NCBI GenBank assembly: GCA_013265495.1
Contig: MU058065.1
Span: 3,263,003 to 3,327,002, forward strand
DNA: 64,000 nucleotides
Origin: Vicugna vicugna
Lineage: Eukaryota
Reading direction: 5' to 3'
Positions 1-64,000 of this stretch are shown here, one piece after another (within the stretch, counting starts at the first letter, position 1; each line of letters begins with the position of its first letter). A program made the position numbers and the translations under genes. Under the pieces are notes generated by a model that worked only from the letters and a program-made list of their open reading frames with translations, was not told where the DNA came from and did not search any database.

Positions 1-302
1 CTTTCATTCTTGCTGCTCTGTACCTTTTACGGTCGTTAGATTGCTTCCTGTTGTACCTTTAATCCCTTCTAATTTACCCCACAGCTTCTGATGATCTCTT
101 CAGATGTTTTTGTTTGCTTTTATATGATTACTCTCATTCTCATGTTGCTTTAAGACTTTGGTGCCCACAGGATTTAGCTTTTAGAGTTATTATCTTATAA
201 AAAGTTGCATATCTTTTATTTGGTGAATTCTCCTTCCTTTTTCTCATTGACACTTTTGTTGTTGTTGCCCTGTGTTCTTGTGTTTTCATTTTCTTTTAGA
301 TC

Positions 303-485
303 AAGGATGAGCAGACTTTTTCTATAAAGGGCCAGCTTTGAAGGCTGTGTAGTCTCTGTCACAACTCAGCTGTTGTGGTGTGTACTTAACAACAGATAAT
401 ATGTAAATGAATGGGTGTGGCTGTGTTCCAATAAAACTTCATTTACAGAAACAGGCGGCAGGCATGATTTGGCCCACTCCTTGCT
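303..485. mobile_element. MER58A-like hAT-Charlie DNA transposon relic
   Basis: Blocks actttttctataaagggccag, gtaaatgaatgggtgtggctgtgttccaataaaact and atttggcccac match the MER58A consensus as recalled. Confidence 0.8.
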
Positions 486-613
486 TTAGATGGGTTTGTG
501 CTGCTCTGGAAAGAACATGGATAATGTAGTTACTACTTGGTAGGACTAAGAACTACTTTTTCAAAAGAATTTAGACTGACTTAGTTTTATTTTACTTTGG
601 GGGTTTATTTTAG

Positions 614-54150
<53,537 letters not shown>

Positions 54151-54250
54151 GGATGGGCCTCTGTTGTGTGGTTCTCGCCCCGAGGGTCCCTCTCTCCTCC
54201 CGGGGTCCTTTAGCTGTCCCCACAAGAACGTCCCCTTGTGCTTGTGCTTG

Positions 54251-54256
54251 AATAAA
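54251..54256 (+). terminator. Proximal FARSB polyadenylation signal AATAAA
   Basis: AATAAA 100 nt after the stop, followed by a G/T-rich tract (gtgtctggctctgggtggt) resembling a downstream element. Confidence 0.7.
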
Positions 54257-55299
54257 GTAAAAAGCAGTGTCTGGCTCTGGGTGGTACCGCCATCCCCACA
54301 TCAGGCCAGCTTGTGCTACATGAGTGCGGCCTCCGGGTGCAGCTGCCTTGTCTGTGAGAGCCAGTGGAGAGCCAGGAGCCTGAAGAGCAGAGATGCTCCC
54401 CACACGTCACCGTCACTCAGCGTCTCCCCTGCAGGAAAGGATCCCGCTCTTTTCCTTGGTGAGACAAGATAGCTGAGCGCATGTGAGGCAGCAAAGGTTT
54501 CTAGTTCTTATTTTCTACACTTGACACTTGTTCATCATTGGGAAACAATTATAGAACAGCATCTTTAGAAAACCTTTAAGAATCGGTAATGGTCTAGTAG
54601 TTACAGCCTTTGAAAGCCATTTTAAAGTGAAAGAAAAACGTGCAGGTATTCAGAACATTCAAGGGGGCGCAGGTATTGGCTACTTCATCTGTGATATGGA
54701 GACAGGGTTCAAGGGCGGGCAACACGGATCTGTTCTGCTGTGACCCGTGCACTGTGAACATTGGGAGACAGTGAAAAACTTACTTTTGCCCTAGGCCGTA
54801 CATTTTATTGTAATCAGTGTTATAAAATCGTAGGTTTTAAATACTTAATTGAGCTGCTAGCCTCTGTCTTATTCTATAGGGAGGTATTAGGTCTCTCCCC
54901 TGCAGCTAAGCTTCTGTTAGTCTGCCTTGCCTTACCTCCTAATTTGCTTTAATACTTTGATCTAAGGTCCTCCACTAGGTATCATGTACTGAAAAAAGCT
55001 GGGTCTAATGTTTGAAAAGAAGGTCACAATTACTGTTGAGATGATATGAAACATAATAAAATGTAAAACTTTAAAATAAGCCCCAGTAGAAGTAGCTAAC
55101 CATGATAGACAGGAATCATGATGACGGAGTTCTGCTGCGCGGCGGCTAAGGCCGTGTCGGTACCTTGAGTCAGGGCAGCAGTGCCCAGCTTAGCAAGATT
55201 CGTGAGCGCACAGACTGCTGTCTGTTCCTTCCCCGTCCTGCAGTAAGCAGATCCTTACAACATTTCAGTAATGAAGAAAAAATAATGCTTGTTGAAAGG

Positions 55300-56010
55300 T
55301 TTGTATCCAGCCAACATAAAGATTTCTTACAACTTAACCCAATTTTTAAAAAATGGGAAGATTTGAACAGACATTTCCCAAAAGAAGATAAATGAAATAA
55401 GCACAGGGAAAGATGCTCAGCATCATTAGTCATTAGGGAAATGCAAATAAAAAACATAACACAAATTGAAATGGATAAAATTAAGAAGGCCGACTATGCC
55501 AAGTGTTGGTGAGACTGGAGCAGCTAGAACTTTCATGCGTTGCTGGTGGGACTGTAAAGTGACATGGCCACTTTGGAAAATAGTTTGGCAGTGTGTTAAA
55601 TCATGGAACATATCTCCCACCTAGTCATTCAACTCGTAGGCTTACTCATACGGCCATAGAAAGATTTTTTATGCAAGTGTGCACAGCAGTGTTATTCAAA
55701 CAGATGAATGGTTAAGCAAATTGTACTATGGAATGCTCCTCAGCAAAAAAAGAAAAAAGGAATGAACTACTGATACTCCAAACAACATGAATGAATCTCA
55801 AAGCACTATGCTAAGTGAGAGAGGCCAGACACACAGGCTACCTGTATTCCATTTCTGTGAAGTTCTAGGAAAGTCAAAGGCAGATTGAGGAGCCCATAGA
55901 AGGGAACTGACTGCGCAGGATTAAGAGGAAACTCTTGGGTGATGGAAAGGGTCTTTACCTTAACTGAGGTGGTAGTTAAGATGTAGGCTATACCTCAGTA
56001 AAGCTGGGAG
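55300..56010 (+). mobile_element. Old L1 ORF2 3' end / 3'UTR fragment
   Basis: gaacagacatttcccaaaagaagat...gatgctcagcatcattagtcattagggaaatgcaaat...actttggaaaatagtttggcagt is a hallmark of the L1 3' region. Confidence 0.85.
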
Positions 56011-56869
56011 AAAAGAAAATGTGACACATTTTAAAAATTTTATGGAACACCAGCAGGTGCATGCATAGTTGGTAAAAGAGCATGGATTTTAGAACTGGCA
56101 TGTCTGCTCATGATGGCTTACTGGTCCAGGACTATTAGACATTTTCCCCCAGTTTCTGGGGCACTGTGGTTGAAACCATGGTTCTCGGGTCATATGATAG
56201 CCATTGTTGAAGTGGGCAGAGCCAGTTGTTTTGTTAGCAGCCTGCCCTGCCACCTGGATAATTTTTGGATGGCCAGAAACAACTTGTAGTAGCCCACTGA
56301 TACCTAATTGAATATCCCAGCTCCCTCCGTCACGTGGAGGTTTCTGCTCTCTGAAGCAGGACACAGTAGGAAGGAAAACAGTATCGGGTACACGAGAAGA
56401 AGAGGCAGCACAGCCAGGTCGTCCTCACTTGTCCCCGAGAGACATGTGAATTGGGCACCAGCAAAGAGCCTTTCTTGGAGAAGACACCTGCTTAGTGAAA
56501 ACTGGGGGCCCTAGTCTTAAAAGGGGAATGAGATGTAACTGATTCTTATTCCAGCTTACAGATGTGCCGGCGTTCCTCTTCAGTTTGCAGTATTTCAACT
56601 TTTTCGGTTTAACAACTGTAGGAGGTCGTTAGACTAGGAATTCTCCCTGACTTACGGGATGAGAACTGTTGACGTTCAGAGAGACTAATGTGCCCAGAAG
56701 TCACGTGGCTAATTGGTGGGTTTGTGACCCCTAGTAAGACTGACGTGGAGCCCACGGATCAGTGTTTTGCGTCATTTACCTACTTACCCAAATGTTAAGG
56801 TTTGTTTTTTTTTTTTTACAAGTTTTGTTTTTATATATAAAATACTAAAAAACACAAAAAGTTAAAACT

Positions 56870-57250
56870 CTTAACTTTACTACTTTACAATACTACAAAA
56901 TAATACCATCTGAAGCTAACCTACCCACCCTCCGCCCAGTTCTCTAGTTAACCGCTGTTAACAGTTTAGCTTGTGTTGTTTCTGACATTTTTATTCTAAG
57001 TTTGGACTGTCAGACCCACGAATGTGCTCAACAGTTTTGGGGTCATGCTCTCTCTACTTAATGGTTTGCAACAAGTTTTGGTTTCTGTTTACATAATGTA
57101 GCTCATGGCATTTCACAGGATGTCCCACTGTTCCAGGTCAGTACCTTTAGACCCACCTCATTCTTTTAAATGATGCAACATTCTGTTGTGTGGATGTCCA
57201 TCATTTGTTCAGCTGTTCCTCTGTTTCTGGACCTTCTGTCCCAACCCTGC
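56870..57250 (-). mobile_element. Old L1ME-type 3' fragment
   Basis: taaccgctgttaacagtttag...cacctcattcttttaaatgatgc pattern. Confidence 0.55.
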
Positions 57251-58759
57251 AGTTACAGTGCTCTAATGGACTTCGATGTACCTCCCCCTAAATAGCATTG
57301 GCTTCGGGACCAGTGGAAAACCATTCCTAAAGGATGCAAGGCTGTCAGCATCTACATCTGATATTGTCTTAGATAACTGAATACCGCACAGGGCTATCTT
57401 AGATACTCCTTGCATGTGACTTTCGTATGTGAGCAGTATACTATCCCAGGAGGTGAGACTTCTATTAGCTTTTACATAGCAGTAGCCTGACTGGGAACCA
57501 GCTGGCCTGCTGCTGCTCCGGCCCTCCACAGGGATGGGCTCATCCGCTTGGCGAAGAGCGTTGCTCACAAGCTTGCGTCTCATTCTTAGCCTCTGTTTGT
57601 GCTTGGTGTTTCCTGTGAACATCACTGACCCCAGTGCTTGGACACTGACTTGGCTCTTTTGTCTGTTTTATCCAAAAGCAGACAGGTGGCCTTAAAGTAG
57701 CGCAGCTGCCTTCAGCAAAATACTCCCTCTACACAGCAAAAGCATTTGACACATCTGATCGCTTCCGAGTTGTAACTTACTATAAGGACCTTGAATGATT
57801 TTACATGGATTATTTTTTACAATAGTAGAGGCTGGCTGACGTAATGCAATTGAAGGGAGCGGCTCCCTGAGGCCCCTGACCAAGTTCAGCATCCAGAAAT
57901 CAGGCTCTTTCTCCAGCAAAGGCTTTAATTGAATTATGTCTGGCTAGAGCCCTGTATGTTTTTCCTCCCCGACGTGACCCATGCTGTGTATAAGAATATA
58001 CTCAAGGCTGGCACTCAAGCTCTTCACTCATCCACAAGTTTGGCCTTGATTATGTCTGCGGAAGGAAGTCAGGAACGTGACACGGTTCTGCACTAGAACA
58101 CATTTTGAAACCTCCCTCCCACCCCCACCCACCCCTGTGAGGAGGCCATTGCTAGAGAGAATTGCTCCGGGCATTCAGATTTCACGACTTGTCAGGCAGC
58201 AAAGCTGTCCTTATCGTTAAGACAGAAGAATCAGGATGCTGAGGAATGTGCCTGCTTGATACCAAACCTGGTAGAAAAAGGAATTTCCTACGTTCCTGCC
58301 ACCCCTAAGATAAGCACCTGCTTAGGGCAAGAAGCCAGTTGTAAAGGAGGCCAGCCTGTGTAGGCGTCCACACTGTGCTGGATCCAGGCAGGTGAGAGAC
58401 CACTCGTAGCTGGACGGGTTCATCAGAGATCTCGCTGTGAGTGTCGGGCAGAGCACTTAAACGAGCCCTTAGCGGGAGCCAGGCAGAAAGGTGCTCCGGA
58501 CACAACCGCGCTGTAGGGAGGAGAGGCTCTGCAGGTGAGAGAACTAGGAAACACTGGGCACACACCTGTCATGGGGAGGCCCTGGGCCGGGTTGGTCCTG
58601 GAGCACAGAGAAGACAATTACGGACCAGCTGGACCTCACCTCCTCTCCGATCTTCAAGGTACTTCAGCATCTTGGATTCTAGCGGATCCGTTTGAGGCGT
58701 CTTCTTTCTTCCAGAGGAATATTTTCCTCCTTTGCATACCCCATCTACAAATCCAGATG

Positions 58760-59640
58760 AAATGTGTAAAACAATGGTTTTCAACACACTGGGTATCAGG
58801 CAGCAAAGGCCAGTGATCCTCAAGAGACAGAAAGCAAACAAGGTGAGTCCTGTGACTGCCCAGCTTAGGCCTGGAGAGAGTCCAGGATGTGGTGTAGGGA
58901 TGGGGACCCAGGGAGAGGTCGGAGGTCCCCAGGAATTGAGGAGATGGAGCTGGGAGTCCATGGAGGCTGAGGCGGCTGGAGTTGGCAGGGAAGATTAAGG
59001 AGCTGCAGGAGAAGTTTGCAGAAGCTCCCCCCTCACCGCCTCCCCCCCACCACCCCGAGTCCCCCGGTGAGCACTGACCAGCGCATGCATGTTCAGGGAC
59101 TGTCCTGTTCAGCGGAGACCACCTGTAGCCATCCATGAGAAGAGAGAGAGCGCAGTCCCGGGAGCCCACACAAGGCAGGCCAGAGCCAGCAACCCCCCAA
59201 ACCACGAGCCGATGGGGAGAGTGCCACCCAGGGCTTTGCCTCAGGAGGGAGGAAACCGGCTCTAGACTAAATGTTCTCTGGTTCCACCTAGTAAACTTAA
59301 AAACACGACCCAGAAGAATCAAACCATTTCCAATTAATGAATTGCATCCCAGAACAAAGTTTAAGAACATACATAGTAATACAAAATATCCAGCACCCAA
59401 CAATGTAAATTTGACAGTCCCTGGTCTCCAATTAAAAATTACCAGGCAACCAAAGAAGCTAGGAGATAAAACCAGTAATGAAGGGGAAAATGAATAAAAA
59501 CTGGACTGAAAAATGACCTAGATGATAAAATAGACAAGGATATTACTTTAACTGTATTCTGTATTTTCAAGAAGCCAGAGGAAAGATGGAACAAAACAAG
59601 TAGAAACATGGAAGATGTATATTTCTAATCTCTATAGATG
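58760..59640 (+). mobile_element. Old L1M (L1MC/L1MD-type) 5' region and ORF1 start
   Basis: aaaacaatggttttcaacacactgg...caggcagcaaagg...aaaaattaccaggca...aaatagacaaggatatt; homologous to the reverse complement of 5040-5570. Confidence 0.7.
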
Positions 59641-61954
59641 AAAGCATGATGTCTGAGACAAAACAGAAAGGAATATACTGATTAAAATACTCAGTAAATG
59701 CTATTTAACAGCAGCAGAACTGACTGACCTCATGAAAAATTTACATTCAGCTATGGTTTTAGCCCCTACAGCGAAAATAGTTTTCCAGCCAAATATTTTA
59801 ATCGGTATCCAATTAAGATGGCTAAAATGGTCTGTTTAGCATGCCCTGTGCATAATCTCCCTGCCCGCAGCATCATCCAACTGGTTCCCATGTGACCGAG
59901 AGACACGGGACTGGAAGCCACAGGCTCTCGGATGCAGGTAGATGGCATGAGGGCGGCACCAACTGTCACCCTACCCTACCCCACCCCCAGCGACGTGAGG
60001 CTGGCTTTGTGGATGTTAAAGGCATTGACCTTCTCTGAGCCCCTCCACTGGGAAAGAATCTGGCTAGTGCTCCAACCAAGGCGACCCTGATGTCATAGCA
60101 AGAGAGAGCAAGGCTAGCAGGCATTTTGAGTGTGTGCATCAAAGAGAAATTAATTCTAGCTGGGTCTGAGCTGCATCCCTGCTCGTCTTGCTTGCTTTTG
60201 TATGCCACATGGACAGGCATGGAGAAGGGGGAAGGATTTTTGGCTTCATAATGCTCCCTTGTCTCATGAGGCTACAGTTTTAAAAAATTTACCACTCTAT
60301 TTATGGTCCGCATTCAGTGCTCATTCTTCTTACTATGCATCCTGTAAATAGCCAAGTCTGCACTACAGGTGCGCCCCACTGGAAGCAATGCATGCGTGGT
60401 GTACCCCAAATAATCCATTTAGGGGCCTTATGTTTACAGAAATGAGGAACTGGCATATGATTTTTTTGAAGTAGCAAACCCCTTGGTGCACTTAAAATTC
60501 AAGTTTAAACAATCAAAACAGACAGCTTTTAGGAAAACATCTATTCCTTAAAACGAGATCCGTCTACACCTCTGTTCCACTTGGTTCTGGCTAGAGAATC
60601 AGGGCTTGGAGAGGGACGTGGAGCATTTACAGGTCCCTCAAAGAGCGAGGATTATGGTAAAATATTCTAAAAGTGAAGTTTCACGGGACTAGGTCAGGGA
60701 GCTGAGCAGAAAGCACAGGCATCAAGGACACGGACTGGGTCCCTTGCTGCTGTCACATCAGCTGAGAGCTGAACAAGAGGATGTGGGAAGGTGAGGTTTG
60801 GGGACAGCAGGAGGGGAAGGCACCCACAGTGAAATATTGGAATGAGGAACAATGAAAGGGGATCGAAATCACCTGCAGACGTCACCTTCTCTGGATGGTC
60901 CCACATGGAGGCAAGGAAATGGACTAAGGGGCTTCTCACGCTTCCTTCCTCTTCTCGTGACTTGGTCCTGCAACGTCAAAGCCCCTTGCTCACTGTTTGT
61001 CCCGTCCCTGCCACCACTATTAATCCTACACACACTCTCCAACATGAGTGTGGCTTGGCTTCCCCTTGTAAGGGCTGGAGGTGTCTGGGGAGGTGTCTCC
61101 GGCAAGCTGTGCCCTCACTGTGGAGCATCACCCCATCCTACTGTGCATCACATCCTTGTGCCAACCCCTCTGTTCTTCACTCCTGGCTCACCCACTACTT
61201 CTCCCGCGACTCTCCCCTGAGTTGCAGCAGCCCCAAAGCAAGAACTCATCCTCCCCTCTTAGTTCCCACAGCAAGGTTATCTTTTCCCTACAGCCTTAAC
61301 ACTTTGGATCTTGAATTGTAATTTTCTGAGCCTGAGTCTCCTCTTCCCTTGAGAGAACTCCAGAGGGCAGACTGGGTCCCATCCAGCTTCATGTGCCTGT
61401 GGTACCCAGCATATTAGGTCGTTAGTAAATACATACTGTTCAAAGTACAAACAGGGCCCTAGGCTTAGCCTTGCAAAGCAAAATGTCAGCTTTTGGTACC
61501 ATTTCAAATAGCCAGGGATGCTCGAAGGCAGAGCACATCACTGCAATGATGAGAATTTGAGGTGGGGCTGTATCCCTTTGGTTCAGCAGACAGGGTACGC
61601 ATCTGTGAAAACCTTATACCTGCCTTAAGCAGCGTCACCTTTAACATTTACCTTTCAATACATGGTAGCACTTATCTCCGAATCCGGTAAAAGGATGCTC
61701 TTCAGTATCACAAAGAGTTGAAGGAAGGCAATGAAGCAGGTGATCATATCACGTACTTCCTGTTCATCACACCTGTGGCTGCTGTGACGCTGACCAGCCT
61801 TTGCACGTGATTGAAGAATGACAGCGGAAGAGAATGGGATAGCCTGCTGTTTATTTTTGTTGCCTCTTTTCAACTCAGGTCCCAGAAACCCTGAGAAAAA
61901 GATGTAGGGACCAAAATTCCAAGGAGGCCGAACACTGGCTTTTAAAGCATTTAA

Positions 61955-64000
61955 TAAGTCAGAAACAAAAATGATTTTATTTTAAAAAGAATACATTTAC
62001 ATACAGTCTATAAGCAAGACAGCTGAAAGTTTTCAAAATAGCAACCCCGAGCATATGGCCCCGAAACACCACATGCTTTGGTTACTCTTGGGAAGCACGA
62101 GTCGCCTATTTGGACAAGAAAATCCCATGTTACAGTGCAACCGGCAGGCATGCCGTGGAGTGATTTCAGCAATTTAGGGTTTTTAGTTCATGGCGTTTTT
62201 TCCTTCTGCATGTTCTGTTATGGTGCAGGTCTGAGCAACGCTGGCCTAAAGTGAGATCTGTTCAGAATGACGGATGGATGCCCTGGTCCAGAGCGGTAGT
62301 GGGCTGGGGGCAGGGTGAGGACAGCCAGGAAAAGGCATGCGTTCTACCTGGAAGGGCCAACAGCCCTGAGGGCTTTGATGTCAGTTTCCAAATGCAGGGT
62401 TAGGCAGAACGCAGCTCCTAAGCTTGTGTCGGATACACCATGGTGAGCTTGATTTTTAAAGACTCCTGCCCAATGGAGAGGCTCTGGACCAAGGCTGAGG
62501 CTAAACCAGCAGGGGGCAGTCTTTCCCCAGAGAGAAACTCCAAAGGTCTTAGAGATGGAAGGCATACTCTTGGAAGGGGCAAGTGTGGCGTGCGTGCGTG
62601 CATGTGTGTGTGTGTGTGCGCACGCCTGAGAGAGTGTGAAGTTTTAACAGAGTGAACCCCTGTGGGAAATGAATGAAGAGGGTGGGCAAAGCAGGAATTT
62701 GAATCAGGTAACAATTTTTCAATCACTGTTTGCCTAATTCTAGGCCACAAAGCAGTCGTGCTCAAAAACTAAGCCTGGCCTCACCAACATATACGTTTCA
62801 TTCTTCAGTTGCTCTAATGAGAGACTTTAAAAAGTGATGGATGCATGGGTCTTTTTCTTTTTAATAAGCTATGGCCAATATACTCATCCTCAATCCAAAC
62901 TGTGTAAATACAGCCTTAAATACATCAATCCAGCTGACTGTAGTCCTACTGCTGGAGCTTAAAACAAAAGGCACGGCAGTAAAACTTTACACACACACAC
63001 ACACACACACACACCACCACCACCACCACCACCCACTGCTGCAACATTGACTATGACCCTTCTTCTTAAAGGATACAAATGAAAAAAGCTGATCCTTTCT
63101 CTACTGAAATCATTTTGTGTAAATATTATCCAGCACTGTGATCTTGGGTTTGGCCAATGGGGACAGTACCCCAAAAAGCACCCTGTTGTAGCACTGCATC
63201 AGGGAGCAGCTTAGGGCAGAGTGCCTGTGAGCTGGGGCTCTCTCCACAGCCCCCACCCCGGTTCCACAAATACTGGTCAAAGTTATGATGTAAAAAAGGT
63301 CATTTGGATTCCTGCCTTCTAATTATGACAAACTTCAGAAGAATGTGAAAGAACAACAGGATGTTTTATCAACAATTATTCTTCCCTAGAAACAGGAGCA
63401 TTAAGTCAAACATCAAAGACCATCTCAACCAAAAGGCCAGGGTGCATATTTGAAATCAGAACGAATGGGATGCTCGGTTTTCACACGGATGCAGAAGTAA
63501 GCACCTATAGTTTCAAGGTAGGCTAATTTCCCCCCAAGTGTGTGCGTGGTAAGGATGCACGAGGGTTCTATTGTAAATCACGGGCTTCAGCTGCTCAGGC
63601 ACTGAACCACAAAAGACACTTTGTTACCTACATATTGGCACTCACTTTTAAGAACATTGTTGATACTTGTTCCTCGTCCTTCTTAGGAACTGAAGAGGAG
63701 CCCCTGGAGGGAGGTGTTTGCATCATGATCACTTCCCAAGTCTAACGAGGATGCGAGGATACGGTCGCTTGCCTGAGTTTTAAAAGGCGTTGTATTTGGC
63801 TGCCTTGTTTTCCCCAAAGAGGCTGACAGTTGTTCCTGCATTAATGACCCTTGAAATTGCTAAGAGATAAGAGGTGGGAAGGTGAAAAGGGAGCCCCTGA
63901 TTCCATTCAGCAGATGAGAAAACAGGTTTACGAGAAGAAACTGAGAAATAAATGGAGGAACAGTTTTCGGGAGGGAGGCCTTGTCCCTCTTCATCAGGCC
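61955..64000 (-). other. SGPP2: Probable distal 3'UTR of the convergent neighbouring gene (SGPP2 by synteny)
   Basis: TTTATT at 61976-61981 (AATAAA on the - strand) in an A/T-rich context, followed by ~2 kb poor in interspersed repeats. In human and mouse SGPP2 ends tail-to-tail with FARSB a few kb away (recalled). No SGPP2 codons were seen, so the identity is inferred. Confidence 0.5.
62989..63033. repeat. Compound microsatellite (AC)13 followed by (ACC)n
   Basis: Direct read. Confidence 0.95.

Noticed and set aside
58654-59403. 249-aa - strand ORF (longest in the track), considered as an L1 antisense ORF0-like gene
   Set aside because: It is antisense across a decayed ancient L1 5' region and has no recognisable motif. 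ORF0 is known from primate L1PA elements, not this family.

Overview
Mammalian nuclear genomic DNA, most likely a camelid (camel/alpaca/llama). The only young SINEs are tRNA-derived vic-1-like elements, and I saw no Alu, B1, Bov-tA/BovB, PRE-1 or Can-SINE. The window holds 15 coding exons of FARSB (phenylalanyl-tRNA synthetase beta subunit) on the + strand, which I number 3-17 by the human structure as recalled. They run from 614 to the TGA at 54148-54150 and join into an uninterrupted 1656-nt frame (551 aa, about residues 39-589). All introns are GT-AG, and an AATAAA lies at 54251. Exons 1-2 are upstream of the window. The last ~2 kb probably holds the 3'UTR end of the convergent neighbour (SGPP2 by mammalian synteny; no coding sequence seen). 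The rest is intronic/intergenic DNA with old L1, MIR, MER5/MER58 and MLT1 remnants, four vic-1-like SINEs and short young L1 3' ends. Almost all ORFs in the supplied track are spurious. I found no novel multi-gene system. The best second-look items are a ~29-nt U6 snRNA 5' retro-fragment with a target-site duplication, a 250-bp near-perfect tandem duplication, an ungapped 73-bp direct repeat flanking exon 10, an unexplained poly(T)-bounded segment, a perfect 13-bp-stem palindrome, a TCF/LEF+CDX motif cluster, an inverted SINE pair, and two Thr substitutions in a conserved FARSB helix. Repeat family names and human/yeast comparisons come from memory of consensus sequences, not from a search; boundaries of old repeats are approximate.
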